DNA of 64,000 nucleotides from Octopus sinensis (Eukaryota), in NCBI RefSeq assembly GCF_006345805.1, contig NC_043007.1, positions 57,288,001 to 57,352,000 of the forward strand, read 5' to 3'. Position 1 is the stretch's first letter. Each line of letters starts with the position of its first letter. The translations under genes were made by a program, and so were the position numbers. Below, one piece after another: positions 48,975 to 62,775 of this stretch. Below the pieces are notes generated by a model. The model ran no database searches, was not told where the DNA came from, and saw only the letters and a program-made list of their open reading frames with translations.

Positions 48975-49175
48975 CGTTTTTCAGTTATTGGGCTACAGTC
49001 ATATTGGAGCGCCACATTGAAGGTTTTAGCTAAGCGAATTGACCTCAATTCTCATTTCTCCTTTAGGTCTGGTACTTTATTCTCAATTTTTTCTCCTTTT
49101 ACAGAACTGCTATGTTACGGGGACGTAATCAAACCAAGATCGGTTGTCAAGCAGTGTGGGTGACAAACACTGACA
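48975..49175 (-). mobile_element. SINE family 2, decayed right half
   Basis: ggagcgccac...cgaattgacc...gtacttt...gttacggggacgtaa...cggttgtcaagc. Confidence 0.7.
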
Positions 49176-49894
49176 CAAAGACATACACTCACACAGGCAG
49201 CATACCCATACATCTGTGTATAAAAAACACAAACTCCAAGTTTAATGGCCTAATAGAATTAGTATATATGTATATACATGTATATTTATATATCCATACA
49301 TACACACACACATACATCCCCCCCACTCGTTGAGTGGACATGCAGGTTTAAGATCACAAGTATCTTTATTTCGAAATCGGTGGGTTATACTTAAACTCAA
49401 TGTAACGCAAACCAGACAGCATACTCTCGTATTCAGATGTATAAATCACCGTAAATGTTCGAAATTAAAAATAGCTTTTGTCGGTGAGGTCTTTGCAACG
49501 CGTCGCCTTACCATTTAACGTATGAATTCATTATATGTAAAAATTATTTTTGCTACTGTTTGTTTCAGTTAATGGACTGCGGCTATGCTGGAGTAACACC
49601 TTGAAACAAACTACCCTATTGTTTTCAATTCGCTGATCCCAGCTGGAAAGACAATTTAGATCGACCAGAGAAAACAATGAATGAACCAATGAAAAAGTAA
49701 TGACAATTTAGATATATCGAATTTGGTAACTCGTGGCAGTAAAGACGATAAAAATGTTTGTAAAATGTTAAACGAAGATTCTGCACTTCCATATAAAAGA
49801 AATGCAGATGTATACATTTTGACACTTGGATTGTTTCTATATGTGTATCTCAAGGAATCTGAAAATCTTGTTTTGGCGAAACAAGTTATGTAGT

Positions 49895-50265
49895 TCAGAA
49901 TTTCACTTCGCTACCACGTGGTTTTGCTTTCAATCTTACCGTGCGACACCTTGGGCAAGTGTCTTTTTCTGTAACACTGGGGCGCCCAAAGCCTTAGGAG
50001 TGGATTTGCTTGAAGGAGGCAGTGTGGAAGCGCGTCGATTATAAGTTTTTGTGTACTTTTTGTGATTGTGTTAGTTTCTCGAACGCTTGGTAACGGATAC
50101 GGGATTGTTTACGCCCTTGAAAAATAACTGTTCGACAAAAGAGGTCGATAGAATAAGTAGCAGGCTTTAAAATAAGAATTGGCGTCAAATTTGTTCGACT
50201 AATACTCTTCAAGTCGGCGCCCCTGCAGAGTCGCAATCCAATGACTGAAAGAAGTAAAGGATAAA
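49895..50265 (+). mobile_element. SINE family 2, decayed
   Basis: ccttgggcaagtgtctt...gtggattt...; right half gatagaataagta...gactgaaagaagtaaagga. Confidence 0.7.
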
Positions 50266-51129
50266 AGATAGGGATAGCAATACAATATGCAACTTTGTAA
50301 AAGGCATTTTCGTCTGAACCTGCTATCAAAAACGTATGGAGGTGGCATTTGAGCATTTGAAGTAAATAGCCCATTTGATAAATTTAGCAATTTAGATAAA
50401 AATTTAGTATAAGAAAATATATACAAAATGGGGCAAAATAGGTGGCAAATTGAGGGAACCTTTACAGCGTGGGAATTGTTTTGTGGTATTTGTTCTGAAT
50501 TTCTGCGCCATGAACTTTACCTTTCATCCTTTCGGGGCCAATAAAAACAAGCTAAGAAACAAAGGAGTGGATTGGCAAAACTGTAAAAAGCATCAGAGAG
50601 GAAGCCTTGCGGTATTTATTCAGGCACTTTCCATTCTGAGTTCTGAGTTCAAAACCAGCCATGATCTACATGAGGGAGATCATGTGTTTATACATAGCAC
50701 AACCTGTCACCTTGAGCAGGTTTAGCAGAACCCACAATGCTTCAAGCATTAGGATCAAGTTTTCAGTTTGATGATATCGTTCTCACTCTTTTCCCCTCAT
50801 CAGTCTCGGAGGTCTTATGATGGGGCATGGGTATTGCTAGGTGGCACATTAAAAACTGCTAGAGGGCATGATGAGATACTTTGAAAAATTATCAAAAATA
50901 AACCGAGGCACAAAATTTGCTAGTTTTGCAAAATATGACGCCGCTGAGTTACAGAAGACTTAAAACCATTTTACTAACACACACACACACACACACACAT
51001 ACACACACATACACACACATACACACACAAACACACACAATCACACACAGAGATATATATGTATATATACATATGTAAATACAAATATACATATATGTAT
51101 ATGTACATATATATACATATATATACATG

Positions 51130-51194
<65 letters not shown>

Positions 51195-51640
51195 AATGTA
51201 TATATATGTATGTATACATGTGCGTGGTGTGTGTGTGTGTGTGTGCATTTTACAAACATGTTATATATGCATACTGACTGACGCACACACCCACATACAT
51301 ACATACATACATACATACCTACCTACATGACAAATAGATAAATTGAAAGAGAGTGAAAGAAAAGGGGGTAGAAGAGAGAAGGAAAAAGTAATGAAGCGGT
51401 ATTGCAAAGAACCTGATCTTGACAATAGAAATGAGTAAATGCTGGTAGCTATGGAAATAATAGCAATTGTATCGTCATGTTAAACTGTATAAGTAAGGAA
51501 TTAGCTCCAATTAACAAGTCCATTAACCTCCACATATCCACACACAATTGGACCTACATATGATTATGTGTGTGTGTGTATATAATATGTATATATATTG
51601 TATATGTATATATATATGATATATATATGCAATGTATGTA

Positions 51641-51690
<50 letters not shown>

Positions 51691-52299
51691 TATGTACCTA
51701 TATATATGTACGCATATGTATATATATATATATATATTATAATATATATTGTGTGTATATATATATACATACTTGTGTATGAGTGTGTACGCATGTGTGT
51801 GCATGCGTGCATATTTCATATACATATATAACCACATATATATTTAAATATTAATATATGTGTGTGTGTGTATGAACACACCCACCCAAACACATATATT
51901 TATATATATGTATGTATGTATATATGTATGTATGTATATATATATATATATACACACATATTCATACATATATTTATATACATACACAAATACATATTTA
52001 TACACGTGCAAACCCATATATAGCTCATGAATAAGCATATCCTTACTAACGTATACATAGAAATATAATTTATAGACCCTTCAATATTTGTATATATGAA
52101 AATATATACTTATAAGGCAAAGCACACAGTTTCATACATGCACACAATACGTTCCAGAAATCTCATACACATATATAAACTCATGCAGAGACACATTCAC
52201 TTTTTTATAGATATCACTGTTCACTCAAATATGTTTCGATATTGGTACATTTATGGAACAATGTATATAAAGAATCTTGACTTTTCTTTACGTGTATAT

Positions 52300-52524
52300 A
52301 TCTTTTACTTGTTCCAGTCATTAGACTGCAGCCATGATGGGGCATCCCCTTAAAAAATTTTAGTCGAATGAATCGACCCTAGTACTTACTTTTTTTAAAG
52401 CCTGACACTTATTACATCTATGTCTATTGTCGATCCGACATGTCAAGGGAACGTAAACACACCATCGCCGATTGTTAAGCAGCGGCGGAGGTCAAACTCA
52501 GACGAAAAAACACACGCATACGCA

Positions 52525-52564
<40 letters not shown>

Positions 52565-52700
52565 AGTCCGCCTACCAAATTCACTCACAAGGCTTTGGTC
52601 GGTCAGCGGCCATAGTGGGAGACAGTTGCTCAAGGTGTCACGCAGTGGGACTGAACCTAAACCGTGTGGTTTTGAAGGAACCTTCTTTCCACACAGCCCT
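52300..52700 (-). mobile_element. SINE family 2, decayed near full length
   Basis: Reverse-complement tail, right half, (CA)n, core and tRNA head. Confidence 0.8.
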
Positions 52701-53528
52701 GTGTTTATCTATACACATAAATATGCACACTTACGCACACACACATTCATACATTCCCCCACATACATATGTATGCATGTATGGATACATATATATGTGT
52801 GAGTATATATCTATACCTGTCAGATATATATATATATATATATATCTGTCAGATATATATATATATATCAGAAAGAGAGGGGAGAGAGATAGAGAGAGAA
52901 GGAGAGAGAGAGAGAGAAAGAGAGAGAGAGATAAGACTATGTAGATATACAAAACAAACTGAACATGATTACATTTCCACATAAACATTGTCTCTCTTTT
53001 GCTCCCTCTCTCTTTCATTTTCTCTCTCGATCCCTCTCCCTCTCTCCCTCTTTCCTCTCCCTCCCTCTCTCTCATACCTTTCCAAATCCATGTATTTATT
53101 TATCTATGCACTGCAAGAGAAACTGTCTAGCACATAGCCATAGCCATCTGCATACGCGTGCACACAGCGCTCATGAGCAAGCACACACAAATAATACATT
53201 CAAAACCACAGGGACACGTGGTAATATATAGGAACGAGTATACATAAATATAGAATATATATACATATACGTACTGAAATATGTAAACACACAGAGGCGG
53301 ACTACTTTACATATTGTGTACACACATGCATCGAAGGATGCATACACACATACACACACAAGTTATATAAATGTGTCGATGCGCGCGCGTGTCTGTGTGT
53401 GTCTGTGTTTGTATCTATACGGAGAAACAAACATGTGGAATGGTTAATCTCTTGCTTTAGCTGTTCCACTAGATAAGGCATAAGTATAAGCACTCGCACA
53501 TACACAGATACATACGTAGATACGTACG

Positions 53529-53560
<32 letters not shown>

Positions 53561-53925
53561 CATACATACATACATACATACATACATACATACATACATA
53601 CACACACATGCATACACATACATACATGTATATATATACACACACACATATATATATATGTATGTATCTATCAATCTCTATCAATCTATCTATATGTATG
53701 TATGTGTGTATACATACATACATATATATATATACATATATATAGACACATATATGTACATGTACCTATGTTTGTATATATGAGTGAACATGTATGTATG
53801 TATGTACATATATATTATATGTGTATGTATTGTTTTTGGTAATTTCAATGCCAACTATATACAGACACCTATACACACAAACACATAAATACATATCTGT
53901 GTATGTATTTATGTATATACATGTA

Positions 53926-55130
53926 CAGGGTAGGCTGAAAAGTTCATAGGCAATGAGGGAGTGATGTCAGGATGTGAAATTTTGCATGCTTTAATCTCAA
54001 CCCTTCTTATTAATAACTGCACTGTTTCTTGCCAGGTAAACTGACATTTGACTGTTCAAAAAGACTTCAAAAGTAACTAGTAGCGACTTTCTCTCGAACG
54101 TCAACAAAATTTGGTATTGCAACATCAAGTACCTGCAAAAAATGGGTTTATCCCCCAAGGACATTCATACTGACGTTGTTGCTAAATTAGAGGATGATGT
54201 TCGAGCTTTATCAACAGTGCAAAAGTAGGCAACTGAATTTATCAGAGGAAGGGCGAGTCTTGAAGATGACCACGAGCTGGACATCCTGCAACTGCCATCA
54301 CCGAAGGAGACATTGATCGTGTTCACCACATGGTGGTGGATAATAGGCAATTGACTATAAATCAAATAGCCAATGCTATTAGCATATCGCATGAGAGAGT
54401 CGAGAATATTTTGCGCAATGAACTTGGCCTGATGAAGGTTTCTGTTCGGTGGGTGCCACATTGTGATACCTGCTCAAAAGCACACTAGGTTTATAACATC
54501 TCATGAAAATCTGATATTGTTCGAGGCAGATGCAGCTGGTTTCCTTGAATGTTTACTAATTCAGGATGAGAGTTGTCTTCATCACTGAGTCAGAGATAAA
54601 GAGACAATCCATGTAGTGGAAACCCCACTCCTAACCCGCTCTAAAGAAAACCGATATTGTTTTTATTTGCTGGGAAAGTGATGACCCAGTCTTTTGGAAT
54701 GCAAAACGCGTCGAGTTCATTGACTATTTTCGAAAGGGCTACACCTTCAACGGAAAGTACTTTGCTTACTTGCTGAAGCAGTAATGATGAATCGGGTTTG
54801 TTCCATCAGGATAATGCTCCAACATACAAGTCGTTCATTTCAATGACTGCTGTGCGTGACTATAGCTTTGAACTGATTGATTGCCCTCTCTATTTTCCTG
54901 ATTTTGCCCCATCTAACTATCATATTTTTCGCCAACATGAAAAGACACTTGGCTGGGAACCAGCATCACACTGATGATGACGTCATATCTGCCGTTTTTA
55001 CCAACAATATGAAAACTTCTTCACCAATGAGATACAAATATTGCAACACCGATAGAAGTGTGTGCCTATGATGAAAAATAAACCTCATTCAGTCATATTC
55101 CATGAGAATAACTTGGTCAGCCGACTCTCT
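53926..55130 (+). mobile_element. Full-length mariner (DD34D) fossil
   Basis: TA-flanked degenerate TIRs cagggtaggctgaaaagtt / aacttggtcagccgactctct; IKYL..MGLSPKDIH, RGRASLEDD, RWVPH, QDE, HQDNAP, YFPDFAPSNY; many stops. Confidence 0.88.
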
Positions 55131-55514
55131 TACATACATAACACATTATACATAGACGCTTGAATAATTTGGAATTTATATAAATGAAATTTATATCTTA
55201 AACACTTTTTGATAAACTCAGAATTTCATCCTGTCACTCAAATAAATATGTAAAAAAACACACTGATTTTAGTAAACACGCAATTTAAGACTGGCTGCGA
55301 AATTAAAAGAATTTGGATAACTCTGTAAAAAAAGTGTTCAAGAAAATAGTTGCACCTCAGGTTTTATCTTTCCACGGGGGAAAAATAGGTTACTCTTGAT
55401 TAGTTTCTCATCTTAGAACTTCATGAAACAAAAATTAACTTTTTTCTGTTCACAAAGAGGTTAGAGACTTGTAACTTTTTATCATAAAAAACTCAAAGCT
55501 CCTTCCCGTGCGCT

Positions 55515-55726
55515 AGGCTCCTAAGGCTGATTCCTCAGATTCTGTGGCGTATGTATTACTTCTGCCACTTCTGGAGAAGGAGGCCGGTCTCTCACAGCTG
55601 AGTGGACTGGGGCAACGGGAAATGAAGTGTTCTGCACAAGAACACAATGCATCGCACGATACAGGAATCGAAACCACAATCTTAGGATCATGAGTGTGGC
55701 ACTCTAACCATTAAACTACGTGCCTC
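55515..55726 (-). mobile_element. SINE family 3
   Basis: gaggcacgtagtttaatggttag...ggtttcgattcc...gttcttgtgcagaacacttcatttcccgttgccccagtccactcagctg. Confidence 0.8.
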
Positions 55727-56011
55727 GACATAGCTAGGCATATAGTATACAAATTCGAATAGATATGGACCAATTAGAAGGACCAATTTAGATGTGCCTC
55801 AATTTGTACTCACCATAATTAATAAGTTACTCATACCTCAATGGACAGCCAATGGACATTCTTTTCTGATGGAAATCTAGTTACATAGACTACATTGAAT
55901 TTTTAACAAAATTGATACGCCCTCCTTTACATAAAAAAGGATATACATGTACATATGTGCGTGTGTATGTATATATTTGAATATAGGTGTATATGTATAT
56001 TTGTCTGTCTG

Positions 56012-56083
<72 letters not shown>

Positions 56084-56176
56084 CCTGTCTGTCTGTCTGT
56101 CGTCTGTCTGTCTCTGTCTGTCTGTCCGTCTGTCTGTCTGTCTGTTTATCTACAAATATACGTATATTATATTATA

Positions 56177-56220
<44 letters not shown>

Positions 56221-56395
56221 GTTTAAATATTTGTTGTGCAAGATTTTTTATGTGAAGTCGTGTGTTGAAACAGATATTGTTATATTTCGGAATGGTCATT
56301 TTGCCAGTTTATCCAATAAAAACACACGCACTATATATTTGGTGTTACTTTGCTTCAGTGTTATTTATTTTTTACATTAATCTTAATCTTATTTC

Positions 56396-56439
56396 GGCCA
56401 GAGTTCTTTCGTCACACTCCTGTGACCGCATCAGTGGTC
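56396..56439 (-). ncRNA. HHR with A9C variant (inverted pLTR copy)
   Basis: gacca CTGATGC g GTCAC aggagt GTGAC GAAAG aa CT C tggcc. Confidence 0.65.
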
Positions 56440-56819
56440 CTTTGTTTTTTTCTTACTTATTTGTGTCTCTCCTTACTAACCGTCAGCCATTTTGTATTTC
56501 TATTGTATGCCAAATTCAATATTTTGATGGCAGACCTCGTCAGAATAATGAGAAATGTGTCATGCATGTGCGAGCCCACAGAGTTAAAGAGACACATACA
56601 ATATTTCATTCACCGCAGCATGCAGTTCTCAGGTTACAGCCATAAAGAAGGATCAGAGTATACAAAGGAGCCATTAAGAAATTTGATAATATATTATGTA
56701 ATGATAGGAATGGTATTTGCCCACTCTATAGGAACAAGTCATGGAACACTATAGAAAGGACAAAAAAGAAAATAGGGAAGGCCAACACTTGGTATGATAG
56801 CCATAAATACCAGAGTGTC

Positions 56820-57353
56820 ATGTTCGTTGACACCACCCCTGGAGGTGAACAGGCGTATCGCTTTAGAAGGACCCTTGACAAACTTAAGCTAAGAATTAAG
56901 GTTGTTGAAAAGCCAGGCAACCCTATCAAATCTATAATTGGTAGAACCTATCCTTTTAGTAGAACCCCCTGTACGGATAAGTACTGTACTGTATGTAGAT
57001 TTAGCCCACAAACAAACTGTAAAGCCAGAAATGTAGTCTATAGTATAAGATGTATAGAGAGACGATGCAGTAACAAGACAACGACATACGTAGGGGAAAC
57101 GGCACGGAGCATAGGAGAGCGGGTAAATGTGCATTGGAGACAACTCAAGGAAGGTAAAAGCTCATCGATTCTGTACCAACACTCCGAACAAGAACACAGG
57201 GGATCAATTAATAACATAGAAATTAAAATATTATCCACACATAGATCAGATGCAACAATTAGACAAATTACAGAAGCTACACACATAATAGAAAATAAAC
57301 CTAGCCTGAATAGAAAACTAGAATGGAGCACTAACACACACCACAACATATGA
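56820..57353 (+). CDS. Linker + GIY-YIG endonuclease of this PLE (open 177 aa)
   Basis: ORF-track frame; VVY..YVGET, R...H, H...H motifs. Confidence 0.8.
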   Translation: MFVDTTPGGEQAYRFRRTLDKLKLRIKVVEKPGNPIKSIIGRTYPFSRTPCTDKYCTVCRFSPQTNCKARNVVYSIRCIERRCSNKTTTYVGETARSIGERVNVHWRQLKEGKSSSILYQHSEQEHRGSINNIEIKILSTHRSDATIRQITEATHIIENKPSLNRKLEWSTNTHHNI

Positions 57354-57415
57354 CGATAGAGGATCCTGAAAACATAATAAATACACAGATAAATAAATAA
57401 ACTAATAGAAATAAA

Positions 57416-57454
<39 letters not shown>

Positions 57455-57456
57455 TA

Positions 57457-57498
<42 letters not shown>

Positions 57499-57905
57499 GA
57501 TAGGTGTTGTATATAATATATATGGATATATATATATATATATATTTTTTTTTTCGATTCATTTTTATTATTATTACTAGTATTGTTGTTATACATACAT
57601 ACAAGCATATGTAATGATATAATGTGGATGTAAACACATGAACAAAATAAGAATAAACAAAGACAACAAAAACAAAAAAACAAAATACAAAATACAAATT
57701 ACATGAACAAATAAAATTACAAATTACATGAACATATATAAACAGAAGATACAAATATTACAGGCATCCCCCACATACACACACTAAATAAACATAAACG
57801 CACATAGAGATATAAGCATGCGCAAATGAAGACATACAATAGAAATACAAAATGGCTGACGGTTATTAGTAAGGAGAGACACAAATAAGTAAGAAGAAAA
57901 CAAAG

Positions 57906-57949
57906 GACCACTGATGCGGTCACAGGAATGTGACGAAAGAACTCTGGCC
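57906..57949 (+). ncRNA. HHR with A9C variant (3' pLTR, sense to the ORF)
   Basis: gacca CTGATGC g GTCAC aggaat GTGAC GAAAG aa CT C tggcc. Confidence 0.7.
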
Positions 57950-58082
57950 GGAATAAGATTAAGATTAATGTAAAAAATAAATAACACTGAAGCAAAGTAA
58001 CACCATATATAGTGCGCGTGGTTTTATTGGCTAAACTGGCAAAATGACCATTCAGAAATATAACAATATATTATATATATAT

Positions 58083-58140
<58 letters not shown>

Positions 58141-58348
58141 TATATATGCATAAATGGGTACATAACGTCACCAACTTTTCAAACAACTTGAAATACGTAA
58201 ACAGACGAGTTAAATACGGAACAACGAGAAAAATAGAAAGTAGAACATGTATATATATATATATGTATATTATTCCAGCAATGCCGCAGTCGAATGAATG
58301 AAACCAATAAAAAAATGAAAGTATATTATATATATATATTATATATAT

Positions 58349-58405
<57 letters not shown>

Positions 58406-58519
58406 ATATTTCTGATGGTCATTTTGCCAGTTTAGCCAATAAAAACCACGCGCACTATATATTTGGTGTTACTTTGCTTCAGTGTTATTTATTTTTTACA
58501 TTAATCTTAATCTTATTCC

Positions 58520-58563
58520 GACCAGAGTTCTTTCGTCACATTCCTGTGACCGCATCAGTGGTC
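58520..58563 (-). ncRNA. HHR with A9C variant (inverted duplicate)
   Basis: gacca CTGATGC g GTCAC aggaat GTGAC GAAAG aa CT C tggtc; perfect 5-bp stem I. Confidence 0.7.
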
Positions 58564-58935
58564 CTTTGTTTTCTTCTTACTTATTTGTGTCTCTCCTTAC
58601 TAATAACCGTCAGCCATTTTGTATTTCTATTGTATGTCTTCATTTGCGCATGCTTATATCTCTATGTGCGTTTATGTTTATTTAGTGTGTGTATGTGGGG
58701 GATGCCTGTAATATTTGTATCTTCTGTTTATATATGTTCATGTAATTTGTAATTTTATTTGTTCATGTAATTTGTATTTTGTATTTTGTTTTTTTGTTTT
58801 TGTTGTCTTTGTTTATTCTTATTTTGTTCATGTGTTTACATCCACCCATTATTATCATTACATATGCTTGTATGTATGTATAACAACAATACTAGTAAAA
58901 TAATAATAATTGATCGAAAAACAAAAATATATATA

Positions 58936-58979
<44 letters not shown>

Positions 58980-58981
58980 TC

Positions 58982-59025
<44 letters not shown>

Positions 59026-59394
59026 ATATATATATATATAGATATAATATATATATATATAGTTGTTATTTCTATTAGTTTATTTATTTATCTGTGTATT
59101 TATTATGTTTTCAGGATCCTCTATCGTCATATGTTTGTGTGTGGTGTGTAGTGCTCCATTCTATTTTCTATTCAGGCTAGGTTTATTTTCTATTTGTTGT
59201 AGCTTCTGTAATTTGTCTATACTTTCATTTTTTTATTTGTTTCATTCATTCGACTGCGGCATTGCTGGAATATATACATATATATATATATACATGTTCT
59301 ACTTTCTATTTTTTCTCGTTGTTCGTATTTAACTCGTCGTTTACGTATTTCAAGTTTGTTTGAACCGTTGGTGACGTTATGTACCCATTTATGC

Positions 59395-59482
<88 letters not shown>

Positions 59483-60118
59483 TAATTGAACGCCACGTAT
59501 CCATTTCCAAGTAAGCTTCTTTTCACCTTTTTGATGCGACTCTCTTCTCGATACTGTTTCTTCTTCCATCCTTCCATAATTCCATTTTTCTGACCCCCCT
59601 CTCTCACTCTCTCTCCACCCTCTTTCTCCTTTTCTCTCTCTCTCTCGTTGCTCTTTTCCTCACATGACCATCTTGCTTTTCCTGCATGGATGTTCAAAAG
59701 GACGGACGTTTTTTCTCTCTCTTCGATCTTTTCTCTTTTCCAAAAAAAATTTTCTCACGCCGTTCACTATTTTCCAATCGCTCTGGTCTAACGACCTTCT
59801 ATGTTTGTTTTCGTTCGGCTTCGTTGTATATCTCTACTGTCATGTTTTTGTTCCCAACTTTGACCCTCCATAAATCCTAAATTTTATTTTAGAATGTATG
59901 GGAGCAACTGTCTTTGAAGACTCATATTGTCATTGAATGCAAGAAATGATGAGTAGATAGATAGACGACGACTGATGAAGGGTTCTTTCTCTGTGTTTAA
60001 TTGTCCTGTTTTCATTTTGTTTTTGTATAGTTGTTTACGCATTTAACTCGTTGTTTACACTTATTTCATGTTGTTAGAATAGTTGCTGACGTCCTGTACC
60101 CATATATATATATAATAA

Positions 60119-60165
<47 letters not shown>

Positions 60166-60182
60166 ATAACATGCATACATAC

Positions 60183-60246
<64 letters not shown>

Positions 60247-60249
60247 AGT

Positions 60250-61205
60250 TAGTAAATGGTGGGGTTGTGTTAACTGCACGTGTAAAAATGATAGGAGAGG
60301 AACAATAATAAGGCAGAATGCTAAATTGAATGTAAATTTTACTAAAAATGGGTTTTAATCAAAAATCAAAATAGAAATCAAACCGGCTCCATTGCAAGGC
60401 AAATTTTCAAGATTTGGAAGGGGAAAATTTTTTTTTTTAAATTGAGGAAGGGAAAAAAAGAAATTTACAATGTTTTTTCATAAAAATAATAAATATATAC
60501 AAAATCAATATATAAGTATACCAATACATTGTAGTGTCTTTATGCTTTTAGAGTTCAATATTAGTCCATGGACAAACTTCTTTGGAGGATTAGGATGCAT
60601 GTGTTTAAGTGTAGTCTTTTGTTTGAAAAGGTTGGATGTTTATGTGTCAAAACAGGAAATGGGGTAGGAGTTATCCAGTTCCTGTGAATAAGGGGAGACA
60701 ATTCTGTGGATTTTATACTCTTTAATTGGAATGCTGGAGTTTTTGTCAAACATGATGCTTATATCTATTTTTTGTCAGACAGGATGCTAGAAAAAGGAAT
60801 ACGGTCACCGTGGAGTTTGCATATTAAGAAGCGTTTGGAATTTTTCAATAAAACGATGCTCCTTGTTGATTCTTTTTTGTGTAGAGATTCTGTCTTTACA
60901 TTGATAGAAATGGAATATATGAAATTTGGGATTTATATTTCTAGCGCAAGAGTCTATGTGGTTATTGAGTGGAATTTGACGGTATTTTAGGAGATTTATC
61001 TGTTCTTTATGGACTGCTACTCTTCTGCGTAAAGGAAGGCTCGTTTGTCCGATATAATTGTGTTGGCAACCGGCGCATGTAAAAACGTAAATGAGGGTCT
61101 CAGAGGAACAAGAGAAGTTGGTCTTGATTTTAAACTTTGAATACTTTTTAAAATTTTTCATACAGCCATTTTTATTAAAATTTACTTTCAATTTAGCATT
61201 CTGCC
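60250..61205 (-). mobile_element. 5'-truncated PLE (copy D), same subfamily as copy B
   Basis: KFKIKTNFSCSSE.LIYV.TCAGCQHNY.GQTSLPLR...LNMQTPR nearly matches copy B; 3' terminus 60250-60300 matches 48370-48432. Confidence 0.92.
60375..60415 (-). ncRNA. Decayed HHR with U3:A8 core in copy D
   Basis: aaatc TTGAAAA tTTG cctt GCAAt GGAGC cg GT T tgattt; GAAA mutated to GGAG. Confidence 0.45.
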
Positions 61206-61223
61206 TTATTATTTTTTTCCTCT

Positions 61224-61307
<84 letters not shown>

Positions 61308-61315
61308 CATTACTA

Positions 61316-61762
61316 CACATAAATGCCTCACGCTATTAGGGAGTCAAAGTCAAAACTACCATAATAAATACACAGTGTACCGGACATGAGGGAATGCAAC
61401 CTTTGAAGCCAATCCTTAAAAACGGATTCAGCCGCAAATCATATGATTTCATAGTTAGTGTACATAATCCACTTTCTATTCGTGAGTGCAGGCATAATCA
61501 AGACAGATAAAAATAAACAAAATCAACATATCAGACGAACACCAAATGTATCCAACATAGTGCAAAGAGATGTTCACTCTTATATATGCATGTAAGAGGC
61601 GGGCTTTTCAAATTGCACCTCGGTACAGTGTATATTCAGAATAATTCAGCACTGAACATATTCCGGTTAAATTTTAAATTTAAAATGGGATAAAATCTTT
61701 ATAAGAATTTATCCAGTATTCAACGTATTTAAGAGTCCCTAATAGCGTGAGGCATTTACGTG
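61316..61762. mobile_element. MITE-like element with 30-bp TIRs
   Basis: cacataaatgcctcacgctattagggagtc versus gagtccctaatagcgtgaggcatttacgtg (2 mismatches); TA on the left, CA on the right. Confidence 0.7.
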
Positions 61763-62369
61763 CAGAAATTTAGAGGTTAGTGAAGTCTTCAGGAGGAGGG
61801 AGGGATAATTGACCCACTTATGTTTACTTCTAATAAGAGAGGAGGAAGCGGTTCCATTAGTCTAGATTCATTTGTACAGGTGATATAACATTAATGGATG
61901 TACAATAGTGGGGTGCTTATCTTTTTTGACCAGTATGGGCAGTTGAGTGAGTTGTGAATATTTCTGTGTGTATTCAGTGGGGAGGAGGGGAAGGTGATGT
62001 AAAGAGAGGAACGAATGGTAGTTATATGAGAATGGAGGTGTGTGTGGTGGTGTTGGACTCATTTTCTATTCATTCAGCAGATGTCAAGGATGGGTTGTAC
62101 ATTCTTTTGTTTGATCTGATTTAAAGGCGACTCTCTTCAATGAATTCTGAAGTCAACAGGTCATCCGGCACTATCACTACAGCCATCAGCTATTGTGGTT
62201 TATTGACTGATTTGATAGATGGTACTTTCTTAGGGTAACTTTTCATTGTTTCTGGCGGTGTAGTGAATAGCATCCTAAATATTTGTTTGTTTGTTTATTT
62301 GTTTGCGTTCCTTTCATGTTCTGTAATGTGTTATTTCGATTCAAAATGATTTTTTCAAACTCCATTAAT

Positions 62370-62745
62370 TATGTTTTGTTCCTATGTTTACATATGATCA
62401 CCTCAGAATGCCTATTTATCACGTTTTTCCTGGATGTGATGATTTCCAGGACTTCTAGTTATACCCGTAATGTTACGTTGTATGGTGCAGCATTTTTTAT
62501 AATAGACCAGTGGGTGGTATGCTCCACTTCATTCTGTTTGAACCTCCAGACGAGGTTCAATAAGATATGTGGGGTGTCTTTCATTTATATTGGAAAATGA
62601 TGTGAGATGGTTTCGCAGACATCTTTTCATGGTGTTTCCGGTGTTACCAAGGTAAACGAATTTCTGCGCACCTGCCTTCACCTCACATTTGTAAGCTACC
62701 TTCTTTACCATGTAGTTGTTAAATCTGCATTCCTCTATATTCCTG
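62370..62745 (-). mobile_element. Hydra-clade-like PLE GIY-YIG 3' fragment
   Basis: CSCRNIEEC...VAYKCEV....VYLGNT...NH..SF...WSIIKNAAPYN...NRHSEVIICKHRNK. Confidence 0.75.
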
Positions 62746-62775
62746 CAGCTACACATGGCATTATTTTTTTAATTA

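Larger units (their letters stand above)
56275..58069 (+). mobile_element. 5'-truncated PLE (second lineage) with inverted 5' pLTR (56275-56510) and 3' pLTR
   Basis: From 56511: ILMADLVRIMRN...MQFSGY, MFVDTTPGGE, IKVVEKPG, CTVC..NC, VVYSIRC...YVGETARS..R..H; 56275-56510 is the reverse complement of 57826-58069. Confidence 0.92.
57260..59400. repeat. Nested inverted duplication
   Basis: 58400-59217 is the reverse complement of about 57260-58070; 59218-59400 is the reverse complement of 58145-58325. Confidence 0.9.

Noticed and set aside
49640-49830. Possible plus-strand exon (WKDNLDRPEK...)
   Set aside because: Tandem stops without a frameshift, and no compatible neighbouring exon found.
50770-50810. 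Minus-strand CTGATGA as an HHR; likewise CTGAAGA at about 10950 and ATGACGA at about 57350
   Set aside because: No matching GAAA-stem III-stem I.
62050-62745. Selenocysteine-type in-frame TGA in the PLE endonuclease, as known for some Naiads
   Set aside because: The EN is C-terminal and the fragment is decayed; stops are not at Cys positions and no SECIS was seen.
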